A DNA stretch of 64,000 bases from positions 8,388 to 72,387 of IMG/VR virus record IMGVR_UViG_3300048851_000184. One strand, given 5' to 3'. The DNA is from a virus. Taxonomy: Duplodnaviria > Caudoviricetes. The translations under genes were made by a program, and so were the position numbers. The stretch's first letter is position 1. Every line of letters starts with the position of its first letter. The notes beneath the pieces are model-generated. The model saw only the letters and a program-made list of their open reading frames with translations. It had not been told where the DNA came from and ran no database searches. Shown here piece after piece: positions 16,733 to 24,993 of the stretch.

Positions 16733-16909
16733 TCATTCGCTACTTAGCGGCGGCGGCATCAGCCGGAGACGCAGGCGCTGCATCATCGAGGAGACTTCCT
16801 CCGGGTTGCGGTGCAGCCGGTTGGCAATTTCTTCGCCCGGGTGGCCCTGCTGAAGGAGATCCCTAAGCGCGGTGATGTCGGTCTGAGTCCACCGCCGATG
16901 CGGGTTCAT
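16733..16909 (-). CDS. 58 aa helix-turn-helix protein (GcrA/Myb-like)
   Basis: Hand-translated MNPHRRWTQTDITALRDLLQQGHPGEEIANRLHRNPEEVSSMMQRLRLRLMPPPLSSE. Confidence 0.6.
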   Translation of the reverse strand: MNPHRRWTQTDITALRDLLQQGHPGEEIANRLHRNPEEVSSMMQRLRLRLMPPPLSSE

Positions 16910-17005
16910 TGATCACCCGCGCACTGGTGCGCGCGCAAGCCCGGCCTGAGCTCTGGCCTGGGTTCAACCAACTTGCTTATTGCGTCTTCGCGGCTCGAAG
17001 CGATC

Positions 17006-17254
17006 TCAGGCGAAGCCCCGGTCGGGATTCTCGCTCATGGCACGGTCTTCCGCGTCCCGCACGTTCGATGCCGATTGTTGCAGAGCCGCATTTCTCGATT
17101 TCCGGGCGTCGGAGCGCTCAGCGCTATCGGCCTCCTTCGCCCATGCCACGGCCGCCACCCCGGCAATTCTCCGGCTGTTCTCCAAAGGAGCGGACGCTGC
17201 GAGAGCTAGTTGGAGGGCTTCTTGGGTCCGGCAGAACGTGACCGATGGCGTCAT
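17006..17254 (-). CDS. Small hypothetical protein (82 aa)
   Basis: ATG 17254 with agagga RBS; Ala-rich helix, ends MSENPDRGFA. Confidence 0.65.
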   Translation of the reverse strand: MTPSVTFCRTQEALQLALAASAPLENSRRIAGVAAVAWAKEADSAERSDARKSRNAALQQSASNVRDAEDRAMSENPDRGFA

Positions 17255-17424
17255 GGGAGGTCCTCTATCGCATCGTGGCACGGGGGGCTCGACGGTTCAT
17301 GGGCTGAACGGCTGGCGATGCACTTCGGGCCCGCTCGTTCCGCACATGGTCAGACGTGGCTTAGGCCGGACGGCTGACGGAACGGCGCGCGTCCTCGCGG
17401 CTTATTGGCCGCTAGGAGTTGCCG

Positions 17425-17691
17425 ATGCCCAAGTACCGTTTCCTCATTGAGAAGGGTTCGGAGTTCGAGCCCTCTGAGCTCATCGAGCTTTCCGGCATCC
17501 AAGAAGCCAAATCGAAGGCCGTCATCTTTGCCGGCGATATGCTGCGAGAGATAGACGGGGCATTCTGGCCCGGAGGGACCTGGCGGTTAGCGGTGGCCGA
17601 TGAGCAGGGCCTGATCCAGTTTACCATCGAGGTGCACGGATTCGAGTCGCCAGCGCTCAAGGGGCAAACATCCACTCGCCCCACCTCTTGA
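17425..17691 (+). CDS. DUF6894-like small protein (88 aa)
   Basis: MPKYRF start, ..EAK..A..FAGDML and W.LAVADE.G pattern; aggag RBS. Confidence 0.65.
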   Translation: MPKYRFLIEKGSEFEPSELIELSGIQEAKSKAVIFAGDMLREIDGAFWPGGTWRLAVADEQGLIQFTIEVHGFESPALKGQTSTRPTS

Positions 17692-17812
17692 CCGCTCGGA
17701 TGCCGCAGCAGAGCGCGACCGCGGTTTGCTACTCGCCTGGCTTGGCTGGCGCGGGCGCCCATTCGTGCGCGGTGCCGTCGCACTGGTGCGGTTCGGGCGG
17801 GAGCTTGGGCAG
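17657..17812 (-). pseudogene. Disrupted homolog of the 57 aa Cys protein at 62668-62841
   Basis: Same frame reads LPKLPPEPHQCDGTAHEWAP..GE*QTAVALCCGIRAVKRWGEW; CTG replaces ATG and there is an in-frame TAG at 17729-17731. Confidence 0.6.
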
Positions 17813-17848
17813 GGGGGTGATGTAGGGGCGGCCGCCGGTGAGGCTAGA

Positions 17849-18037
17849 TCAGACGGCCCATGCCCACGTGCCGGTGACGATCACCACCGCCGCCAGTACC
17901 ATGATCAGCAGAGCTTCGGCGCATGTCGCTATGGAAGGGGGCCATCTACGCGGCCGTGCCGCAGCTTTATCAGCTGCGTATCGGGTCGCCGCGTCATCGC
18001 GTCGCCGTCTCGATCGCCGGTCGGCCCCGTAACTCAC
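17849..18037 (-). CDS. Small membrane protein (62 aa)
   Basis: Basic N-terminus, C-terminal TM; coupled to upstream gene. Confidence 0.55.
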   Translation of the reverse strand: MSYGADRRSRRRRDDAATRYAADKAAARPRRWPPSIATCAEALLIMVLAAVVIVTGTWAWAV

Positions 18038-18219
18038 GGTTCGACTACCACGCCCGCGCCGTCCGGAAGCTTCTCGCCCGGTGCCAGCAGCTTGAAGTGA
18101 CAGACCTCCTGCCCCTCAGGTTCAAGCACCTCGTGCCAGCGCCACACCCGGTATCCGGGACCGGCTGCGCGTGCTTTTGCGAGCCACTCCTTCTGCTCAG
18201 CTTTCCAGTCTTGCATCAT
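18034..18219 (-). CDS. Conserved hypothetical protein (61 aa)
   Basis: Homolog at 63815-64000 sharing AKARAAGPGYRVWRW. Confidence 0.75.
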   Translation of the reverse strand: MMQDWKAEQKEWLAKARAAGPGYRVWRWHEVLEPEGQEVCHFKLLAPGEKLPDGAGVVVEP

Positions 18220-18221
18220 AG

Positions 18222-18463
18222 TCAGGCTCCGAGCCCGCGGCGGTGCGTCTCCGCCAGCAATGCCATAATGGCTGGATCGTTGGCGTCCCCGCGAGTGTGG
18301 CGATTAGCCTGCACCAGCTCAATGTCGCTCAACAGCCCAGTGCCGCCGCAGATCAAACAAGGTGACGGCTGAGGCGCTTGGACACTGTGCCAGATCGGAT
18401 GCACAATGGGGCTGGAGATGCCGCTGCCGTAGCACACGGGCAGCGCTGGTCGGCAGGTATCAT
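18222..18463 (-). pseudogene. Probably frameshifted CxxCxGxG zinc-finger protein with DP..ALLAE..RRGL tail
   Basis: ATG 18463 frame gives MIPADQRCP; the other frame continues VCYGSG..CLICGGTG; one missing base near 18440 would join them. Confidence 0.5.
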
Positions 18464-18507
18464 CGCTCGCTCCGCTGTGGCGTCCAAACGCGCTCGCGGC
18501 GGCGAGG

Positions 18508-18807
18508 CTAAATGTCAAGATCGCGGCGGTGGATCTCGGATAACAGCGCCTCAGCCGCGGGATCTTCGGTCAGCCTGCTGGTCTGCTGGTACGCAATGAG
18601 CAAGTTCCTGTCTTCGCGAGGCAAGAACGCCTTGGTCCCGTCGTCGGACTTACACAGAACATAGTGATATTTGGGCCAGTCCGAAACCTTCCCTTCGACA
18701 TCGCGCGAGGCAAACGACGCCAGCGCCGCCCGGCTTCCGTAAACGCTCGCCCCTTCCTCCGCGGTGCCGCCATGCAGCGGGCCGCCATAGATCGGATATG
18801 CCGTCAT
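18508..18807 (-). CDS. Conserved hypothetical protein (99 aa)
   Basis: YGGP.HG start, C-terminal DP..EALLSEIHRRDLDI; same-length homolog at 63106-63405. Confidence 0.75.
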   Translation of the reverse strand: MTAYPIYGGPLHGGTAEEGASVYGSRAALASFASRDVEGKVSDWPKYHYVLCKSDDGTKAFLPREDRNLLIAYQQTSRLTEDPAAEALLSEIHRRDLDI

Positions 18808-18879
18808 GCCTCTCTCCTCGCCCCTTACCTCGCGGCGTGCGGGGTGCAAGGTGGCCCCAGTTTCGGCGTCTTGCATGCC

Positions 18880-19065
18880 TTATCTGCTACCCGCGTCACG
18901 GTTAAGCAGCGATGCGACCAAGGCTGCCAACTCCGGGGTGACGCACTCAGCGATCCGATCGCCGCCATCGTCGACCACGTATGGCCCAACTGCGATCACC
19001 GGCACGGAGAGCTGCGATGGCGTAGCGGGCCGAGGAAAGAACTGCGGGCCAATCGACTCGCTCAT
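18880..19065 (-). CDS. Small hypothetical protein (61 aa)
   Basis: Plausible ORF in the run of minus-strand accessory genes. Confidence 0.45.
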   Translation of the reverse strand: MSESIGPQFFPRPATPSQLSVPVIAVGPYVVDDGGDRIAECVTPELAALVASLLNRDAGSR

Positions 19066-19153
19066 ACATGCAATCCTCGTCGCTTGAGCTCGGATCGTCA
19101 CGCCTCCGCATCAGACATCTCGCGCACGAACTACGGATCGTTCGGGCAGTGGA

Positions 19154-19378
19154 TCATGGCTTATTCCGCCGGCTTGCAAGGAAGTCCTGCACGTCGGCAG
19201 CGTGTAACATCGGTACCGTCGATATGTTCTTCGTCTGCTGTAACCGCATCAGGAGGACATCGAGATCAGTGATAGTGAGGCCGCTGGACGCATCGATCAC
19301 CGCGTTGTCATCGACATAGCGCTCTCGGAAAGCTTCAAGCCGCCGGTACGCTGCGTCAACTGCCGCCAGGTCCGTCAC
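19154..19378 (-). CDS. Small hypothetical protein (74 aa)
   Basis: GTG start after gaggagag RBS. Confidence 0.55.
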   Translation of the reverse strand: MTDLAAVDAAYRRLEAFRERYVDDNAVIDASSGLTITDLDVLLMRLQQTKNISTVPMLHAADVQDFLASRRNKP

Positions 19379-19493
19379 GACTCGCTCTCCTCTGCCGCCA
19401 GCCTGCGCTCACGCCGGACGGGGCGCAAGCGGTGCTGGCAGCGCTTGCGCGAGGCTGCGGTGAACCGGCTGCAGCGGTGCAGATGCTGAGATT

Positions 19494-19513
19494 GGGACCG
19501 CACCGGGACCGCA
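19494..19513 (+). repeat. Direct repeat GGGACCGCA x2, candidate integrase arm-type sites
   Basis: Copies at 19494-19502 and 19505-19513, about 80 bp inside attR. Confidence 0.5.
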
Positions 19514-19592
19514 AACTGCCTGATGTTCGTCAGCTGTTCCGCGGTTGTAAGGGATTTTGCGAGGGCTTTCCCTCCGTGACCGCACGAACGAT

Positions 19593-19641
19593 TGCAATCG
19601 CACTGCAGAGGTCAGGGGTTCGATTCCCCTCAGCTCCACCA
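19593..19641 (+). other. attR of prophage A: 3' half of tRNA-Ala(CGC)
   Basis: TGCA-ATCGCAC-TGCAG anticodon arm, GGTTCGATTCC T-arm, CAGCTCCACCA end; no D-arm or 5' acceptor strand upstream. Confidence 0.9.
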
Positions 19642-19726
19642 CCCCTTCGCCGCCGACGGACCGGCGCTGCGCCCCAAAGATCTCCCGACGTCGACTGCGG
19701 TACCTGATCGCGTTTGTTCGCGTCCC

Positions 19727-20107
19727 TCAGTGGCGGTGCTCGGGGCGGAGGCGGTAGCGGCCGTCGGCAAAGGCGTCGAACAAGCCGATGATCGCGGGAT
19801 GCTCCACCGGCTCCTCGCTCTCGTCGACCACCAGGTTCTGCTGGCTGACATAGGCGACGTAGCTCGACTCCGCATTTTCGGCGAGCAGGTGGTAGAAAGG
19901 CTGGTCCTTGCGCGGACGCACCTCGGCCGGGATCGCCTCGTACCATTCGTCGCTGTTGGCGAAGACCGGGTCGACGTCGAAGACTACCCCGCGAAAGTCG
20001 AACAGGCGGTGGCGCACCACGTCGCCGATGGAGAAACGGGCGTGCGCGACCGGCGGCATCGCCAGCGGTGCCTCGTGCAGATTCCGGGGTTCGGACATTT
20101 CAATCAT
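19727..20107 (-). CDS. hspQ: Heat shock protein HspQ (YccV-like), host gene
   Basis: ARFSIGDVVRHRLFDFRGVVFDVDPVF..W..RP.KDQPFYHLLAEN..YVAYVSQQNL signature. Confidence 0.93.
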   Translation of the reverse strand: MIEMSEPRNLHEAPLAMPPVAHARFSIGDVVRHRLFDFRGVVFDVDPVFANSDEWYEAIPAEVRPRKDQPFYHLLAENAESSYVAYVSQQNLVVDESEEPVEHPAIIGLFDAFADGRYRLRPEHRH

Positions 20108-20238
20108 GGGTAATATCTAGTCTCGCTGCGAAAAGGCACAAGCAGGCGCTTGCGCTGTCCGGAACTTTGGCCTAACGGCGACCGCTCGCTGACCGGCGTG
20201 CCGTTTCCTTCCCGGAAACCGAGCATGCCAACCTCTGC

Positions 20239-20328
20239 GGAGAGGTGCCGGAGTGGTCGATCGGGGCGGTCTCGAAAACCGTTGAGCCCGCAAGGGTTCC
20301 GAGGGTTCGAATCCCTCCCTCTCCGCCA
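20239..20328 (+). tRNA. tRNA-Ser(CGA), integration site of prophage B
   Basis: 90 nt cloverleaf GGAGAGG...CCTCTCC-G-CCA, anticodon loop CTCGAAA, long variable arm, GGTTCGAATCC. Confidence 0.97.
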
Positions 20329-20502
20329 ATACCGTATCCGCACGCGTGCGCAGCGGTTCACTCCCCCTTGAAACTCAGCGATTTCCCGGCTTGATGAGTG
20401 CCGGGATTGTTCGCAGCCGTTCACCCGCGTTCACCGCCCCACGCGGTATTGCGCACGGTATCGGATCGCGGGCGTACGGTATCGAGCCGGAGAAGGTGCA
20501 CC

Positions 20503-22065
20503 ATGCTGACCGACGCGAAGGCGAAAGCCGCCAAGCCTCGCGACAAGGCGTACAAGCTCGCCGATGCCGAGCAGCTCTACCTGCACGTCTCCACGTCGGG
20601 CAGCCGGCTCTGGCGGATGGACTATAAGCACGGCGGCAAACGCAAGACGCTGTCGTTCGGCGCCTACCCCACGGTCACCCTGTCGGACGCGCGCCGAAAG
20701 CGCGACGAGGCGAAGGCGCTGATCCGCGATGGCTTCGACCCCGCCGTCGAGCGTCGGCTCACCGCCAAGGCGCAGGAGGCCGATCACGAGGCGACCTTCG
20801 AGCGGATCGCCCGGCGCTGGTGGGAGCGAAACAAGCCCCGCTGGTCGGCGCGGCATTCGGACGACGTGATCCAGTCGCTGGAGCGCGACGTCTTCCCGGA
20901 GATCGGCGGCCTGCCGATCGCGCGGTTGCGCGCGCCTCGGATCCTCGACCTCCTCCACCAGATCGAACGCCGCGGCTCCGTCGAGACCGCCAAGCGCATC
21001 CGCCAGCGGATCTCCGGCGTGTTCGGCTCCGCAATCGCTATGGGCATTGCGGACAGCGACCCGACCGCCAGCCTCAAGAACGAACTCCAGCCGGTCACGC
21101 GGCGCAGCAAGCAGCCGGCGATCACGGACCTCGACGGCGTGCGCCGCGTGCTCACCGACGCCGAGGCAACGCCCTCGCATATCATCACGAAGCTCGCGCT
21201 GCGCATGCTGGCGCTGACGGCCGTTCGCCCGGGCGAGCTGCGCGGCGCACGCTGGGAGGAGATCGACGGCGTCGACTGGACCCGGCAGCTGTACGGGCCC
21301 TATCTCGCGACCTGGACCGTTCCTGCCGCCCGCATGAAGGGCACCCTGGCGCGCAAGGAGGAGACCGGCGGCGACCATGTCGTGCCGCTGTCGATGGAAG
21401 CGATCGACGTGCTGCTGGCGATGCGGGACATCACCGGACGGCTGCCGATGATCTTCCCGAACCAGCGCAGCTCTCACCAGCCGATGAGCGAGAACGCTAT
21501 CGGGTACCTGCTGAACCGCGCCGGCTATCACGGCCGGCACGTCCCGCACGGCTGGCGCGCGGCGTTCTCCACCATCATGAACGAGCGGGCCAGCCGGGAG
21601 GGCAGGGCAGGCGATCGCGCCGTCGTCGACCTGATGCTGGCGCACGTGCCCAAGGATAAGGTCGAGAGCGCGTATAACCGCGCCGCCTTCATGCCGCGCC
21701 GGCGAGCGATCGCGCAGGAATGGGCGACGCTGCTGATGGAGGGGAAGCCGAACTCCGCAGCGCTGGTCGACCGGCCGTACCGGGATCCGGTGGTGGGGGA
21801 GTGGAGCGCCACCCGTCGCGAGTTCATGGACTGGGTGATCGGGCGAGCCCTGCCGCTGTTGCCGGACCATCCGGCCGAGGCCGTCGAGGCGTTCCTCGCC
21901 GACACCGAGAAGTACCAATGCGGCCGGCAGACGCTGTTCGGGCCGGGACGGCAGGCTGCGCTTCGGGATGCTCTACGCGGCGCCCTGGCGGCTGGACGCA
22001 CCGACGACGTCGAGCGGATCATCCGAACAGCGCCGGACCTTGCCGTGGATCCTGCGGCCGCCTGA
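20503..22065 (+). CDS. int: P4-like tyrosine integrase with about 100 aa C-terminal extension (520 aa)
   Basis: Arm-binding N-terminus MLTDAKAKAAKP..YKLAD..LYL; catalytic R (VRPGE), HGWR, LAH, AYNR. Confidence 0.95.
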   Translation: MLTDAKAKAAKPRDKAYKLADAEQLYLHVSTSGSRLWRMDYKHGGKRKTLSFGAYPTVTLSDARRKRDEAKALIRDGFDPAVERRLTAKAQEADHEATFERIARRWWERNKPRWSARHSDDVIQSLERDVFPEIGGLPIARLRAPRILDLLHQIERRGSVETAKRIRQRISGVFGSAIAMGIADSDPTASLKNELQPVTRRSKQPAITDLDGVRRVLTDAEATPSHIITKLALRMLALTAVRPGELRGARWEEIDGVDWTRQLYGPYLATWTVPAARMKGTLARKEETGGDHVVPLSMEAIDVLLAMRDITGRLPMIFPNQRSSHQPMSENAIGYLLNRAGYHGRHVPHGWRAAFSTIMNERASREGRAGDRAVVDLMLAHVPKDKVESAYNRAAFMPRRRAIAQEWATLLMEGKPNSAALVDRPYRDPVVGEWSATRREFMDWVIGRALPLLPDHPAEAVEAFLADTEKYQCGRQTLFGPGRQAALRDALRGALAAGRTDDVERIIRTAPDLAVDPAAA

Positions 22066-22092
22066 CGGCTGGATCATCACCAGGAGACGAAG

Positions 22093-22125
22093 AGGGCTGG
22101 CCGCGAGGCTGGCCCTTTTTTGTTT
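22093..22125 (+). terminator. Rho-independent terminator after integrase
   Basis: AGGGCTGGCC-GCGA-GGCTGGCCCT stem with G-U pairs followed by TTTTTGTTT. Confidence 0.7.
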
Positions 22126-22149
22126 CTCAGGCTGGCGCCTCGGCGGGCA

Positions 22150-22521
22150 TCACATGCCCGGGACGAGAGGCGGTACGCGGGTGAGCTCGCCCGCTTCCAG
22201 GAACTCCATCAGCGCGTCCCACTTCGCCCGGCGTGCGGCCTCGACCGCAGCGTCCGCCGTTCTCTCGACGGCGCGCAGCCGCTCGAGCAGCTGATCCGCA
22301 TCCACCTCTGGCGGAATCGCCCCTGCTATGTCCCGGTAGGGCAGGGCACCGTGGCAGCGGATACCGACGGTGGTGTCGGCCAGCGCGGTGATGTCGCTGA
22401 CGATCCACCCGCCGCCGCACCGGGCAAGCACTCGCTCCCCGACCTCAAACCCGCGGTTGTTCAACCGCAACTTACCACCGGGCCGCGTCTCGCCCGTGCT
22501 GGGTGTCAGGATGTCAACCAT
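22150..22521 (-). CDS. Hypothetical phage protein (123 aa)
   Basis: Last gene of leftward operon; overlaps upstream stop. Confidence 0.6.
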   Translation of the reverse strand: MVDILTPSTGETRPGGKLRLNNRGFEVGERVLARCGGGWIVSDITALADTTVGIRCHGALPYRDIAGAIPPEVDADQLLERLRAVERTADAAVEAARRAKWDALMEFLEAGELTRVPPLVPGM

Positions 22522-23707
22522 AGTCGCGCCCCTCCCGTGCCGGCTGGAGGGCGGCGAAAGCGGCAGAGTTGGCCGCTTCCCATCCTTTCGGCCACGCTGC
22601 GTTGAAGGCGGTTTCGCAACGCCGCCACACATCGGCTGCGGCGTAGCCCTTGCCGTCAGTCAGGTGCTCGCCCGCAAACTCGTCCCAAGCGTCGATGCGT
22701 GCCTGATCGTCCTCCCGCTCCGTCCGCCCCGCCTGTTGCGAGGCGCGCGGCATCGCGGCGGTGTAAGCGGCGATCGCCAGCGCTATGCCTTCGTCTCGGC
22801 CGTGGTCATATGCGGTGCAGTCGGGGCCACTGCAAAACTGGTCGCGCTTGAGGCGTTCCATTGCGGCCAACCCATCATCGCTGGCGCGCGGCATCGCGGC
22901 GAGGGCTGCAAGGATGCGCCGGAAATCGTGCCGGGTCATACCTGCCTTGGCGAGTTGGAAGCCCTTCGCGTCGGGATGCTCGACCGCGTGGCGAACACGC
23001 TCGACAAGTTCGGGGTCCACCCGCTCCACGTCCTCCGCGTCGGCGCGCTGCGGGGTGGGGGCTGCGGCGAGGACTTCTCGCGCAATGGCTGCCATCTTGA
23101 GGCCGCCTCCGGTTCCTCCGCCCGTGCCGGCCGGCGTGTCCTCGGCGATGATTCGAAGCAATGCCCCCCGCATCCTCTCCGCATCCCCGCCTGCGGGGGC
23201 CTGTGGGGCGGCGGCGAGGGCTTGCGGGGGCGCGGGATTGAAGTCGGTATTTTGTTTTAGCGACCGTATATCGCTTGGGGCCGCACCGCACTCAGGATCG
23301 GAAAAGGCTGTATTATATCGCTCTACGATTTGCGCTGCCGCCTCGAAAGCATCATTCCGCCAATACTGGATTTCTGCACGCCGGTTATGTGCCGCAAGTT
23401 TATAAAGATGCCGCGTGTCGCAACCCGAAACGTATTGTTGGGCACCTTCGCAATGATCGCAATCGTACAGCAAAGACTCCTTGTCGAACTCCCCCACACC
23501 CTGCGCCTCTGCGGGCTGGGTGGCGCGGTCATTCCATGCGGCGACCGGCATTGCGACCGTCGGATGGTGCCCCTCGTGCTTGCCAGAGCAGCGGACAACG
23601 CCTGCTATGTTCTTCCAAGGCTCGCCGCCACAGAACGGGCAGGGCTTCAGCACCTCCACCGCGCTTTCGGGTTGTTCGGAGGTCATCGTGCCGGGTCCTT
23701 GGGTCAC
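22514..23707 (-). CDS. Mosaic protein with N-terminal Lar-like zinc ribbon
   Basis: LKPCPFCGG..VRC..AWNDRA at the N-terminus, then Ala-rich linkers and a lower-GC segment. Confidence 0.65.
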   Translation of the reverse strand: MTQGPGTMTSEQPESAVEVLKPCPFCGGEPWKNIAGVVRCSGKHEGHHPTVAMPVAAWNDRATQPAEAQGVGEFDKESLLYDCDHCEGAQQYVSGCDTRHLYKLAAHNRRAEIQYWRNDAFEAAAQIVERYNTAFSDPECGAAPSDIRSLKQNTDFNPAPPQALAAAPQAPAGGDAERMRGALLRIIAEDTPAGTGGGTGGGLKMAAIAREVLAAAPTPQRADAEDVERVDPELVERVRHAVEHPDAKGFQLAKAGMTRHDFRRILAALAAMPRASDDGLAAMERLKRDQFCSGPDCTAYDHGRDEGIALAIAAYTAAMPRASQQAGRTEREDDQARIDAWDEFAGEHLTDGKGYAAADVWRRCETAFNAAWPKGWEAANSAAFAALQPAREGRDYG

Positions 23708-23892
23708 GAGATCTTCTCCCTATGTGCAGTTGCCTCGGCGCAGTCGTAGTGCGCGTACAGCCCAGCCCAGGGCAGCAGCGGCCACCACAAGCAGTCGAAA
23801 CGGGCCGGCAGCAGGATCACCAGCCTGTAGGCGACCCAGCCCCGGAAGCGGCGAAGGCTCAAGCGCCACGCGATCTTCTCGACCTCGCTCAT
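23704..23892 (-). CDS. Small hydrophobic protein (62 aa)
   Basis: Coupled start/stop overlaps on both sides. Confidence 0.55.
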   Translation of the reverse strand: MSEVEKIAWRLSLRRFRGWVAYRLVILLPARFDCLWWPLLPWAGLYAHYDCAEATAHREKIS

Positions 23893-24398
23893 TGCGGGCG
23901 CTCCGGCAGAGCGGCGCGGGCGGCAGTGATTGCGGCAAGCGGAGTTTCGCCACGTCCAATCACGTCCCACTCGCGATCATTGATCGACCCGCTTTCCTTG
24001 GTGACACGCCACTCCTGGGACTGGTCATCATCATCGCCGTAGACCGGGGAGTAGAAGTCCAGCGACAGCCGGTGTTGCGTGCCGAACCATTCCAGCGCGG
24101 CGGTCGCCTCGGCTGCGTCGAGGAGCGCGGGGAGGGCGTTGACGGCGGCGGTGATTAGGGCGGCGTTTGGCTCGTAGGGGTCGGCACCAGCTCGCCGGTG
24201 AGCGTCCGCATCAAAATCATGCTGATGACCGGGCCGAGCGACGGCAACCAGCGGCTTGAGCGGTCCGATAGTAGAGCTTTGCTCCGGCCCGCGCACGAAC
24301 CCCCAGTCATCGCCCTCATATGGACGATATTCCCAAGGCCCCGGCGTCGCCCTCTCCCGCAGAGCCCGCAGCCCCGCCACGTCGATCTTGTCGGTCAT
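23889..24398 (-). CDS. Ead/Ea22-like protein
   Basis: LRALRERATPGPW..NAALITAAVNALPALLD motif. Confidence 0.7.
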   Translation of the reverse strand: MTDKIDVAGLRALRERATPGPWEYRPYEGDDWGFVRGPEQSSTIGPLKPLVAVARPGHQHDFDADAHRRAGADPYEPNAALITAAVNALPALLDAAEATAALEWFGTQHRLSLDFYSPVYGDDDDQSQEWRVTKESGSINDREWDVIGRGETPLAAITAARAALPERPQ

Positions 24399-24400
24399 GC

Positions 24401-24640
24401 TCAAGATCCCATGCAGTCGGGGCAGTAAGCCCCGTAGGTGATGTGCCAGGGGCCAGTGCCGCACTCGGGGCACTTGAAGTATTCTTGGGGATGCGTCTCA
24501 GCGTCGCGGCGGACGTCCTCAATTGGGCTGTCTTCGCTGCAGACGGCCGCAACGGTCTTGACGCCGATTGCCAGATCCCTCCGCAAAGACGATCGGACCA
24601 GTCGGGCTGAAGCGCTCGTATCTGACCAATGGTAGGTCAT
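24401..24640 (-). CDS. Small zinc-ribbon protein (79 aa)
   Basis: CPECG..YCPDC. Confidence 0.6.
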   Translation of the reverse strand: MTYHWSDTSASARLVRSSLRRDLAIGVKTVAAVCSEDSPIEDVRRDAETHPQEYFKCPECGTGPWHITYGAYCPDCMGS

Positions 24641-24993
24641 GCGGTGGCTCCTGCGACTGAGGTGTTTCGAGCAACCGCCACCATGAAGGCTTCAGCCTCT
24701 TCCTCGCTCCAGTCCAAGGGCGGCAGGCTGTCGATCTCGTCCCATGCAGCTTGAACAACTCTAGCTTGAGAGATGCCTTCCGGTTGAGCATGGGCAATCT
24801 TGCCGGCCAACCACAGCGAAACGTCTTCGTGGAAGCAGTTGTCCGTGGTTTCGTCAGCCAGCAGGCGGTGCAAGCCCTCGACGAGCGTCATTGCATCGAT
24901 GCCATCAAGCTCGAGACCTTCTCCCGCCGCTGTGTCGAGGAAGTTTGCAGCCGCTTGAATGAGGCCGCGCGTCTCTGCGTCAAACCGATCCAT
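24637..24993 (-). CDS. Hypothetical protein (118 aa)
   Basis: Acidic ORF in early-left operon, RBS upstream. Confidence 0.55.
   Translation of the reverse strand: MDRFDAETRGLIQAAANFLDTAAGEGLELDGIDAMTLVEGLHRLLADETTDNCFHEDVSLWLAGKIAHAQPEGISQARVVQAAWDEIDSLPPLDWSEEEAEAFMVAVARNTSVAGATA

Larger units (their letters stand above)
1..19641. mobile_element. Prophage A, right portion (tail, lysis, accessory genes, attR); left part lies upstream of the window
   Basis: Contiguous siphophage tail and lysis genes colinear with prophage B, followed by small accessory ORFs and a 3' tRNA-Ala fragment at 19593-19641. Confidence 0.93.

Noticed and set aside
17290-17410. EcfG (GGAAC-N16/17-CGTT) promoters for the small-gene cluster
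   Set aside because: GGAAC is present on both strands but the -10 elements do not match well enough to call.
17817-17830. TGATGTAGG(G) word shared with 28999-29007 and 62846-62856 as extra CI operators
   Set aside because: Only half-sites without the CCCTAC arm; the A and B copies are explained by ordinary homology.
19566-19641. Intact tRNA-Ala gene
   Set aside because: The 5' acceptor strand and D-arm are missing; only the anticodon-to-CCA half is present, consistent with attR.
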